Positions 33,885-42,975 of a stretch of DNA of 64,000 nt are shown here, one piece after another; the stretch's first letter is position 1; every line of letters starts with the position of its first letter. The translations under genes and the position numbers were made by a program. This DNA comes from an uncultured delta proteobacterium. Its GTDB lineage: Bacteria > Myxococcota_A > UBA9160 > UBA4427. Where the stretch lies: positions 1-64,000 of the forward strand of contig CAWGJT010000014.1 of the NCBI GenBank assembly GCA_963822965.1. The letters are read 5' to 3'. Below the pieces are notes generated by a model that was not told the DNA's origin, searched no databases, and worked only from the letters and a program-made list of their open reading frames with translations.

Positions 33885-36800
33885 ATGCCGTTCGCCATCG
33901 AAAGCCGAGGGAGCCTGGAGACGCGGTCGCGTGTCGCGATCCGACGACTCCGCACCGGGCTGGCCCTGGCGGTCGCGCTGGCAGCGGCCTGGCCCGGTCT
34001 GGCGAGCGCCCAGCAGCTGGCGCTCCTCAACGCCAACGCGAACGTCTCGGGCGCACCCGACGGCACTTACTTCGTCGACACCGCGGTGCTCGACGTCGAG
34101 ATCCAGGTCTGGGTTGCGGTGCCCACCGCATCCGATGCGATCGCCTTCGACGCGCAGCTCGACCTGGTGGGTTCGGGCGACGCGCTGTGTCCGGTCGGGG
34201 GTCCCTACCTGCCCGCCTGCGTGCAGACCCTGCAGATCATCCCCTTCGCGGTGAATGAGATCGACGCGCTCGACAACATCCAGAACATCGTGAAGGAAGC
34301 GCAGATCGCGCTGAGCCCCGCCGGCGCCGACGCGTTCGACGCCTTCGTGGCCCAGCAGGTGGCGGCGGGTCGCACCGTCGCGTTCCGGATCGTGTTCGAC
34401 ATCGACGATGTCTACGCCGTCGATCCGGGCTTCTACTTCTTCAGCGGCACCCCCGACCTCGCGCCCTTGAGCGGCGTGCTGCGGTTCGGCGGCATCACGA
34501 CCCAGCTCCAGAGCTTCCGGCGCCTGGGGCCCTGCGGCACGGCGGCCGGCTGGGAGGTGCAGAGCGCGCTCGCCGACTGGACCCCCGGAAGCGATCCGTC
34601 GTGGCAGACCGCCAGCCTCGTGCTGGCCCCCCCCGACTGCGCTCTACCCGTCCTGGCGGGCAGCGCGCTCGATCTCAGGCTCACCGACGGCAGCGCGTCG
34701 GTGCTGCAGGTGGACGGTCAGCTGGGAGGCCTGGACGTGGCGCTGCAGAGCGTCGTGCTCGACTCGTCGGGCGCGCAGCCCTTCACGGTGCGCGTCGACC
34801 TGCCCGCGAACACCAGCTTCCACGGCAAGTCGGCGGCCGGAAACCCGCTGCCCCGGGGTCAGGACTCGATCCTGATGAGCGGGGTCGGCGCGCCCGCGAG
34901 CAATGACTTCGACGACCTCACGCACACCCAGGTGCTCGCCGGAGGGGGGTTCCTGCGGCCCGAAGGTCCACCGCTGTCGTTCGAGGTCGGCTCGCTCCAG
35001 CTCTCGAGCGCGGGCCTCGCCGGCGACTACGTGGGCATCCACTACCACTACGATCTCGCGTACGCGAGCAACGATCCGCGCAGCACCCGGGGACCGCGCA
35101 GCAACGACGCCCGCTTCCGCGTTCCCAGCGTCACCCCCGGCGCCTCCACGTTCAGCGTGACCGGCAGCGGGCTCGACGCCGCGCCCCAGTTCCAAGCTTC
35201 CCAGGCCGATACCCACTTCCCGCGCACCCAGGTGACCTTTTCGGGCTACTCGGTCGAGCTCGCGGACAGCGCACTCGTGGACGGGCAGTCGCTGCCGCAC
35301 GGTGGCACCAACGGCTACAGCTTCGTGCAGAGCCCCGCGTGCCCGGGCTGCCCGGTAGCGGACACACTGGCCGCCCCGCTCTTCTCTCTCGCCCTCGCCC
35401 GCGACGAAGGCCTGGGCTTCGACGGCGCCGTCACCGCGCTCACAGGGGCCATCGGCGCAAACGCCACCTGGGGTCCCGAGCACACGCCCACCTCGCAGCG
35501 CATCTTCGCGCGACGGACGGACGACGTGGTGCCAGGCGTCGTCTTCCTGCCAGGCTTCCAGGCCCAGTACACGAGCACCGGCAGCTACAGCGTGAGCGAG
35601 TACCTGCTCGGCATGCGCGAAGCCACCGACACGGGCTCGGCGCTGCTGCCGGGCGGGCATCACCCCCTGTCGACGGACGACGCGCGCGCCGGCAACTACT
35701 TCATGGCTGGCCTCAACGTCGGTCCCGAGCTGCTTCGCGACGGCTCCGGACTGCCCCAGCAAGGCGTCGGCACCTTCATCGACGGACGGGTCACGCGGAT
35801 CGGATTCGGGGGCGTCACCGCACCCGACTTCGAGGACGTGGTCGCGAGCCACGCCACCAAGTACGTGCTGCGAGAGGGGGGCGTCACGGGGGTGTTCAAC
35901 ACCCTGGTGCCGCCGCAGCCCCTCGTCTACGGCCACCAGCTGGCGCTTCGCCGCTTCGCCTTCCGCCAGGTCTCCAACGCGCTCGACCCCGAGACCTGGA
36001 TCGACGGCATCGTCTCGGTCCCGAACCCCGGCGGCTTCGAGATCAGCCTGTCGTCCATCGATCTCGAGTGCAGCGGCAACCTGGCCGGCGGGAGGGTGGA
36101 CCGCGATCTGTGTGGCAACATGCTCGACGACAACGGGAACCTCGTCATCGACGAGAACTGCGACGAGAGTCTCTTCGCGTGGAAGACGCCCTTCCTGGTG
36201 CGAAGCGCCGAGTTCAAGCCGCCCGACCCGCAACCGCCCCTGTGCGTCCCGTCGACCCGCGACCTGTACGTGCGCGGGCGCATCGAGCCGTGGGCCCTCG
36301 ACGATCCCATGTTGCTCGGGGCGCGCTGGACCCCCAGCGGTCACCCCTTCGACGCATCGATTGCCGGCAGCACGGAGCGCAAGCTCGACCGCCCCGACAC
36401 GGGCCCCGACCTCGATCAGGCCTTCGATGTGTCCGTCGATTCGTCCGTCGAGCTCGGCCTCGACGACGACGAGACCCAGGGCTGGTTCCAGATGGCCGGG
36501 CTGATGGGCCTGCCCTTCTGGGACGACCTGTCCATCGACCTGCGCGTGCAGAACCGCGACCTCCAGACCGCCACGCCGGCGCAGACGCTGGTCTTCGCGA
36601 AGGGCACGCTCGCCGGCATCCCGAACCAGCAGATCCTCCACAACGACGAGGAGCCGCTCACGACCGAGATGACGAACCCGGGCTCGAGCACGCTCCCCGA
36701 CGCCCACTACACCTGGGGCGCCACCACCTTCGAGTTCAACCTTCCCATCTACTACGACGTGGGACACCACGACCAGGACGAGGCGCCGCAGTTCGTCGGC

Positions 36801-39713
36801 GTCTCCTCCAACATGCACCTGTCCCTGCTCGACGCCCAGGCCCTCGTTCACTACGTGCGGCCCGATGCGACCGCGCTCAGCTTCGGCGCCAGCGCGAACA
36901 TCGAACGCCTGACCCAGGCAGCCGCCGACCTGCGCATGCACGTCGATCTCGACGACCCCACCAGCGTTCTCGCGATCGAGAGCTTCCTCGATACCTTCTT
37001 CGGCGTTCCCGGCACGCCCGTCCAGGACCTCGTCATGAAGGTCGGCGAGGTCAGGACGCTGCTCGCGTGCTTCAACAACGGCGGCCTCGAGGCCTGCATC
37101 ACGGAGCAGCTGCAGAGCGCCCTGGGGGCCGCGCTGGGCGACGCCGACGCACTCGCCCAGCAGCTGACCAGCGCGCGCGGGCAGGCGGCGGGCGCCGTCG
37201 TAACCGCCAACACCCGGCTCACCCAGGCGATCAATCTCACGAACCCGAGCGGGCAGCTGGTCTCCACTGCCGACGCGGCGATGGTGCTGATCTATCAGAC
37301 GGTGCCGGACCTGATCAAGCTGCAGCAGACGACCCTGTCACCCGTGCCGCCGGGGATACCCGACGCCCTGGGCGAGGCCAGCGACAAGCTCGATACCGCC
37401 AGAGCCGCGCTCACGACCGCGCAGCAGCAGCTCGCCAGTGCAAAGATCGCGGCGGATCAGGCCATCGCGCAGCTCACCACGCAGATCATGCAGGCCGGGG
37501 CCAACGTCCAGTCCGTCAAGGCGGATCTGAACGGCATGGGACTCGAGGTCTGCAGTCAGGCCCACCCGATGTTCCTGCGCGCCCGTGACGCGATGGAGGC
37601 CGCCGACAGCGTGGTCACCCAGGTGCGCACGTCGAGCTATCTGAGCCTCGCGAACAGCCTCGCAGGGCTCGATCCGGCGAAGGTCGCCGCGGCCCAGAAC
37701 TCCTTCGTGGACTACGTCGACTCGATCAAGGCGGCGATCGGTCTGTCCAAGACCAGGATGGAGGACTTCCTGGCTTGCAACGACCCGCAGGTGTCGGCGC
37801 TCACGGGCTTGATCGCCGGCGCGAACCAGGAGCTCGACGGCGTGGCGCTGTCCCTCAACGGCCTCGTCGGCGCCGTGCAGAACTTTCGCAACCGGTTGTT
37901 CGTCGACACCAACCTGATCTTCCCGCAGGACGGGGGCCACGTCGGGATCGCGAACGGGAGGCTTGCGCAGGCCCAGAACGTGATCACGGCCATTCAGTCG
38001 GTGATCGCGGCGGTCCAGGCCGCGGCGGCCCAGGTGCCGGCGCTGGGGGGCGTGCCGATGCCGATCTACCAGTCCGCGGCCACTGGCGACGATATTCGCG
38101 CGAAGTGGAACCTTGCCGTGAGTCAGGCCACGAACGGCGGGTACCAGTGGTACTACGCGATTCCCAACCGATCGGTCATCGACGCACTGATGACGAACGT
38201 CAACAGCGATCTCGTCAACGCCAAGAACCTCGTCAGCCAGGCCGCGGCCGCCGACCTCGATCCGCTGCTCGCGAAGATCCCGGTCGTTCGCGACGGCGCC
38301 GAGCTCATCGACTGGATCCTCGGCTACATCATGAACCACGCCGCGGTGAAGGCCTTCCTCGTGCGCGCGCACGAGCTGCTCGACGAGCCGATCGACGCCA
38401 TTCTGGGGCTGGTCAACAACGTGCTCGACCGTGTCGGCTCCCTGATCCGGCTGGCCCTGGACGCCATCGCGAGCATGCAGCAGAACGTGTGGGTCGGAAC
38501 CGACGGCAAGCTGCGCTTCAGCCCGCTGGCGGCCTTCGAGCACCTCGACGGCAAGGCGTGGATCAGCGGTGACGACCTCGAGGCGCTCCACCTGACGGCG
38601 CGCTTCGACTTCCTGAAGGATTTCATTCCGCGGCTGCTCGAGGCGAGCATCTCCGTCGACATCGCGCCCTGGAGCTGGCAGGGCGAGACGAAGGCCTCCT
38701 GCATCGCGGATGTCGCGCTCGATCAGGTCCTCGAGACCTCGATCCGCATCGACGCTCCGGTCGGTGACCTCGCAAACGTATTCGGGATCCCGATCCAGAT
38801 CGACACGCTCTACTACAAGACCCTCGAGCAGACCGGCACCGACATCGGCTCGTCTGGCGGCTTCGCGGTCAGCGGCGACATTCCGCTCGTCGCGGTCCCG
38901 ATCGCGCCGCTGCCGATGATCATCCACGACGTGGGGGCCACCTGGGGCAACACGCGCATCCTGCGCTTCTGCAGCGACGACCCCGCTCAGGTCTGTTACA
39001 ACGACAAGGAGTGCACGAGCAACAGCTGCATCGGCCCGCCCCTCGAGGCCGAGGGCAACTGCCTGCGGAAGGTGGCCGACGCCTTCGTCAGCTGCACGAA
39101 CGACAACGAGTGCGTGCAAGACCCGGGGGACTACTGCAAGAGGCTGCCCGCCGAGGTCGAGGACTACTTCGGTGGGCGTCTGCGCGCGTCGGTTCCGGGC
39201 CTGCCGGCGTTCGACAGCGGCATGTTCGTCGGCAAGACCTGCTCGCGCGAGCCCCTCGAGCTGATCGATCCCCAGGCTGCCGAGTTCGTCACGTTCCCGA
39301 ACGGACGTTTCAACGGCATCTACGTCCGCGGCGGCACCAACCTGACCATCATCCCGGGCCCCTGCTTCCTGAACATGAAAGCGGGTGTCGACGTGGGCAA
39401 CTGGATCCAGCCGGCGCCAGCGGCCGTGGTCGGCGGCCTCATCCGGGGGCACGCCACGGGCAAGCTGATGTGCCTCGCCGGACTGCGCGGCCAGATGACC
39501 ACCGCCCTCGAGTTCTCGGGCGAGGGCGTCCGCTTCGGCGGCGAGGCCTTCGGGGTGGCCGGCATCGGCATCGACTGCGATCCCGATACCTGGACCTCGG
39601 TGCAGAACAGTCGCAACGACACCTGGTGCGCGACGGCCGACGGCCGCGTGCTGGTGAAGCTCAAGAACGGTCTGTGGGAGCGTGGATCCGTCGACGTCAC
39701 GGGGTTGCACTGA
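33885..39713 (+). CDS. Giant (1942 aa) Sec-exported protein of unknown function: beta-rich N-half, ~530-aa helical segment, Cys-rich inserts, beta-rich C-terminus
   Basis: Uninterrupted ORF with normal amino-acid composition. Signal peptide ..LALAVALAAAWPGLASA|Q. No recognisable catalytic motif. Confidence 0.9.
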   Translation: MPFAIESRGSLETRSRVAIRRLRTGLALAVALAAAWPGLASAQQLALLNANANVSGAPDGTYFVDTAVLDVEIQVWVAVPTASDAIAFDAQLDLVGSGDALCPVGGPYLPACVQTLQIIPFAVNEIDALDNIQNIVKEAQIALSPAGADAFDAFVAQQVAAGRTVAFRIVFDIDDVYAVDPGFYFFSGTPDLAPLSGVLRFGGITTQLQSFRRLGPCGTAAGWEVQSALADWTPGSDPSWQTASLVLAPPDCALPVLAGSALDLRLTDGSASVLQVDGQLGGLDVALQSVVLDSSGAQPFTVRVDLPANTSFHGKSAAGNPLPRGQDSILMSGVGAPASNDFDDLTHTQVLAGGGFLRPEGPPLSFEVGSLQLSSAGLAGDYVGIHYHYDLAYASNDPRSTRGPRSNDARFRVPSVTPGASTFSVTGSGLDAAPQFQASQADTHFPRTQVTFSGYSVELADSALVDGQSLPHGGTNGYSFVQSPACPGCPVADTLAAPLFSLALARDEGLGFDGAVTALTGAIGANATWGPEHTPTSQRIFARRTDDVVPGVVFLPGFQAQYTSTGSYSVSEYLLGMREATDTGSALLPGGHHPLSTDDARAGNYFMAGLNVGPELLRDGSGLPQQGVGTFIDGRVTRIGFGGVTAPDFEDVVASHATKYVLREGGVTGVFNTLVPPQPLVYGHQLALRRFAFRQVSNALDPETWIDGIVSVPNPGGFEISLSSIDLECSGNLAGGRVDRDLCGNMLDDNGNLVIDENCDESLFAWKTPFLVRSAEFKPPDPQPPLCVPSTRDLYVRGRIEPWALDDPMLLGARWTPSGHPFDASIAGSTERKLDRPDTGPDLDQAFDVSVDSSVELGLDDDETQGWFQMAGLMGLPFWDDLSIDLRVQNRDLQTATPAQTLVFAKGTLAGIPNQQILHNDEEPLTTEMTNPGSSTLPDAHYTWGATTFEFNLPIYYDVGHHDQDEAPQFVGVSSNMHLSLLDAQALVHYVRPDATALSFGASANIERLTQAAADLRMHVDLDDPTSVLAIESFLDTFFGVPGTPVQDLVMKVGEVRTLLACFNNGGLEACITEQLQSALGAALGDADALAQQLTSARGQAAGAVVTANTRLTQAINLTNPSGQLVSTADAAMVLIYQTVPDLIKLQQTTLSPVPPGIPDALGEASDKLDTARAALTTAQQQLASAKIAADQAIAQLTTQIMQAGANVQSVKADLNGMGLEVCSQAHPMFLRARDAMEAADSVVTQVRTSSYLSLANSLAGLDPAKVAAAQNSFVDYVDSIKAAIGLSKTRMEDFLACNDPQVSALTGLIAGANQELDGVALSLNGLVGAVQNFRNRLFVDTNLIFPQDGGHVGIANGRLAQAQNVITAIQSVIAAVQAAAAQVPALGGVPMPIYQSAATGDDIRAKWNLAVSQATNGGYQWYYAIPNRSVIDALMTNVNSDLVNAKNLVSQAAAADLDPLLAKIPVVRDGAELIDWILGYIMNHAAVKAFLVRAHELLDEPIDAILGLVNNVLDRVGSLIRLALDAIASMQQNVWVGTDGKLRFSPLAAFEHLDGKAWISGDDLEALHLTARFDFLKDFIPRLLEASISVDIAPWSWQGETKASCIADVALDQVLETSIRIDAPVGDLANVFGIPIQIDTLYYKTLEQTGTDIGSSGGFAVSGDIPLVAVPIAPLPMIIHDVGATWGNTRILRFCSDDPAQVCYNDKECTSNSCIGPPLEAEGNCLRKVADAFVSCTNDNECVQDPGDYCKRLPAEVEDYFGGRLRASVPGLPAFDSGMFVGKTCSREPLELIDPQAAEFVTFPNGRFNGIYVRGGTNLTIIPGPCFLNMKAGVDVGNWIQPAPAAVVGGLIRGHATGKLMCLAGLRGQMTTALEFSGEGVRFGGEAFGVAGIGIDCDPDTWTSVQNSRNDTWCATADGRVLVKLKNGLWERGSVDVTGLH

Positions 39714-39714
39714 G

Positions 39715-42700
39715 ATGCGAAGGCTCGCCCATCTGGGGATCGTGCTGCTGCTCTTCGCGGCTCCGGCCGCGGCGCAGAACGCGGACCAGCTCTACCTGGT
39801 CGCCTTCGAGGCGCCCGTGGGCTCGATCTCGAGCCCCGGCCAGGGCCAGACCGCCGTGTACGTGCGCTGGGACACCCTCGAGGGCGAGCTTCCCGGAGAC
39901 CTCGTGGAGTTCGAGCTGTTCCGCGACGCCACGTCCCTGGGCACGTTCGCCGCCAACGGCAGCCTCAGCGACCCCGAGATCGCGGGCCTCTATGCGGGCC
40001 CGGAGAACCAGCGGCGCCTGCTCGAGATGGTGCGCTGGCTCGACGAGGAGGACCCGCAGGTCTCCGTCCAGGCGGGGAACCTCCCGCAGGTGTTGCGACA
40101 GCGCGTGCTGCAGGTGCCGCCGCGGGCCGCCCTGGCCTCGCGCGTCGACTTCAACATCGCCCGCGCCCGCCTGCGCGGCTACCTCGACACGGCGCTCGCC
40201 AGCGGCACCTATACCTACCAGCTGCGCGGGCACTTCTCGGGGGCCCAGGACGTTCTCCTGGGCCAGGCCAGCGTCACGGTCGTCGGCACCCCCGACGTGG
40301 CTCCCGCCGCCGAGAGCCTGGCGCAGGTGTCGATGTACCGCTGCGACGCGCCCGAACGCTCGAAGGGGCACGGGACGGTGGCGCTCGACTGGAAGACCGC
40401 CGGCGCGTCGATCGCCGACGAGTTCGCGAACGCCATCGCGATCGCGGGCTACGACCTGTATCGCAGCAGCGAGAACGTGGGGAGCGCCCCGCCGCGGGAC
40501 CTGCGCGCCGAGGCCGCCGTCGCGATGCACGACGCGGGCGGACAGGTCTCGCTTGCCGGCCTCGAGAAGGTGAACGACCAGCCCATCCTGATCGGCGGCA
40601 AGGCCCAGAAGGAGGCCTTGTACCAGGGCTTCAACCCGGACTTCTCGCAGTTCTTCGAGACCCAGGACGAGCTCGCGGCGGCCGGCGTCCAGCCCGGGGA
40701 CACGCGCGCCTACTACCTGGTGGCTCGCGACGTCTCGGGCAATTACGGCGATACCGCGGAGCTCCTCGTCACCGTGACCGACAGCGAGGCGCCCGCGCAG
40801 CCCTGGCACCTGCGCGGCTATCCCCGGCAGTTCGAGGGCCAGTACGCCCTGGAGTGGCCGCAGGTGGAGGCGCGTAGCTACTACCGCCGCAACCTGGCGG
40901 GCCGGACCTACTGCAACCTGGACACGGCACGGCTCGACGGCTTCCTGGAGTTCGTGCCCGAGGGCCAGAACTGCGAGGACGCGCTGCATCTCCACGTCGA
41001 CACGGCCGCGCACGAGTACGCGGTCTACCGCTTCGACAATGCCGAGCAGGCGCGGCGCTTCACCGACAGCGACGGCGACGGATTCGACGACGCCGACGAG
41101 CGACCGAGCATCGAGGATCCCGGCACCGCCTGCGATCCCACGCTCCCCGACCCGCAGACCAGCCCGCTCACCAACTACCGGGTCGGCCTGGTTCCCGCAG
41201 CGAACGCCACCCCCGCAGCGGACGGCCAGGCCTTCCTGGAGTTCATCGATCCCGTCCCCGCGCAGAACGTCGGCGAAGGCTACTGGTACCGCATCGCGTC
41301 GCGCGACCTGGCGGGCAACTCGAGCGGGCTCTCCGAGGTGCTGCCCGCGCTGGTGCCCGACCGCACCCTGCCCGACCGGGACGACGAGCTGGGCGGCCTG
41401 ACCTTCGGTCGCCGCATCTGCGCCCACGGCGTGAACCCGCGCTCGGTACCGGCCGACGACGTCGCCTTCGACCTCACGTCGCCGGGAGTCGCGCACACCC
41501 TGCGCATCAGCTGTCCCAACAGTGGCTCTTCCCAGGCCCCGCCGACGCTCTTCCTGCCCTTCGAAGAGCGAATCAGCGGCGAACGCACGGCCCGGCTCTC
41601 GTCCGCCGACTGCCAGGACCTCGTCGACCCCGAGAGCGGCTGCGAGGGTCGCCCCACCGACTTCGACTACCTGGGCCGCACGGGCTCGCTGCTGGCTACC
41701 TACTCGCTCTCGAGCTTCCCGGACCAGTGTCCCATCACCGGGAGCGAGCTCTTCGAGGAGTGCGATCGACCCATCATCGTTCCGATCGACGACGGCGAGG
41801 TGATTCCCCCCGAAGAGGGTCCGTGGCTCGACCCGGCGCCGGGACCGAACTGCATCGGCGTCTTCCGCCGGGTGGACGGCCGCGCGCTGCGGCTCACCAC
41901 CATGTGCCCCGGCGATCCGCCGCCGCAGCTCGCCAATCTCCCCGACCTCGGCGGCGACCTGATCTGCTTGAGCCTGGCGTCGTACAACGAGAACGCACGC
42001 TCCTCGCCCATGCTGAACCTGCCCTGCTTCCGCCGGCCCGGCACGCCCACCCCGCCCACGCCGGTGGCGATCGACTTCCAGGCCGGCCAGAGCCAGGCCA
42101 CGGTGTCGCTGCTGCAGGCCGAGCGTCCCACCATCGGGGCGCTGATCGAGTGGGAGAAGACCGGCGATCCGCAGTCGCGACGGGTGGCCTTCGTGCCGCG
42201 CGCCGCCGGACCCGACACCGACACCGCCGACCAGATCCCCGTGGAGATCACCCCCGAGCCGCCGGGTCCGAGCTGGCAGGAGGAGTGGTGTTTCCGGGGC
42301 ATCTCCATCGGAGGTCTGCTGCTGGGCGATCCGAACAGCGGCTTCTCCGAGTGGTCGGAGACGGTCTGCGGGGATCGCCAGCCCGCGAGCGCGCCGGCCG
42401 TCGAGTCCCTGGGCTGGCCGCAGGTCCCCATTCCGCCGGAGGACGCCCCCCTGGCCGCGCGCTTCCTGGCGCCCGACGACATTCCGATGGTGCTGCTCTC
42501 CGACGATCTGGCGCCGACGGGCTGCGTGCCGACCGGGCTCGCGTCCTGCGATCCGGGCTCCGCGACGCCCGGCGCGACCTGCGTGGGCGAGCCCGGGGAT
42601 CCTTCCTGGCAGCCCGTCAGCGCCGCCTGCGACATGTGCTCGGCGATCTACTCGAAGCTCACGGTGCCCGTCTCCTTCGTGGCGTACCGCCAGTCGCGCC

Positions 42701-42975
42701 CCGACGCAGTGAGCCTGCCGTCGGACTACGTGCAGGTCTCGCCGCTCGTCGAGCCCTTCTGCTGGCTGCTGGACGACCCCGACCCGGTTTCCTTCCTGGA
42801 GGATCCGTTCGTCTCGCTGCTGAACCTGGGCGGAGGCGATCCGTGGCAGGGCTTCCGGCTGGTCTTCACCGACCGCTCGCCCTACCGGAACGGACAGCAG
42901 CTCCGTTACCACTTCGTCTTCTTCGTCGACGGGGAGATCGTGGGCTCTCGCACGTCGAACTGGGTGACGCCATGA
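39715..42975 (+). CDS. Large (1086 aa) exported protein with fibronectin-III-like modules, a DxDGDG Ca-binding motif and many Cys
   Basis: Signal MRRLAHLGIVLLLFAAPAAA|Q. VYVRW, GYDLYRS, YYLVARDVSGNYG, YWYRIASRDLAGNSS, DSDGDGFDD. Confidence 0.88.
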   Translation: MRRLAHLGIVLLLFAAPAAAQNADQLYLVAFEAPVGSISSPGQGQTAVYVRWDTLEGELPGDLVEFELFRDATSLGTFAANGSLSDPEIAGLYAGPENQRRLLEMVRWLDEEDPQVSVQAGNLPQVLRQRVLQVPPRAALASRVDFNIARARLRGYLDTALASGTYTYQLRGHFSGAQDVLLGQASVTVVGTPDVAPAAESLAQVSMYRCDAPERSKGHGTVALDWKTAGASIADEFANAIAIAGYDLYRSSENVGSAPPRDLRAEAAVAMHDAGGQVSLAGLEKVNDQPILIGGKAQKEALYQGFNPDFSQFFETQDELAAAGVQPGDTRAYYLVARDVSGNYGDTAELLVTVTDSEAPAQPWHLRGYPRQFEGQYALEWPQVEARSYYRRNLAGRTYCNLDTARLDGFLEFVPEGQNCEDALHLHVDTAAHEYAVYRFDNAEQARRFTDSDGDGFDDADERPSIEDPGTACDPTLPDPQTSPLTNYRVGLVPAANATPAADGQAFLEFIDPVPAQNVGEGYWYRIASRDLAGNSSGLSEVLPALVPDRTLPDRDDELGGLTFGRRICAHGVNPRSVPADDVAFDLTSPGVAHTLRISCPNSGSSQAPPTLFLPFEERISGERTARLSSADCQDLVDPESGCEGRPTDFDYLGRTGSLLATYSLSSFPDQCPITGSELFEECDRPIIVPIDDGEVIPPEEGPWLDPAPGPNCIGVFRRVDGRALRLTTMCPGDPPPQLANLPDLGGDLICLSLASYNENARSSPMLNLPCFRRPGTPTPPTPVAIDFQAGQSQATVSLLQAERPTIGALIEWEKTGDPQSRRVAFVPRAAGPDTDTADQIPVEITPEPPGPSWQEEWCFRGISIGGLLLGDPNSGFSEWSETVCGDRQPASAPAVESLGWPQVPIPPEDAPLAARFLAPDDIPMVLLSDDLAPTGCVPTGLASCDPGSATPGATCVGEPGDPSWQPVSAACDMCSAIYSKLTVPVSFVAYRQSRPDAVSLPSDYVQVSPLVEPFCWLLDDPDPVSFLEDPFVSLLNLGGGDPWQGFRLVFTDRSPYRNGQQLRYHFVFFVDGEIVGSRTSNWVTP

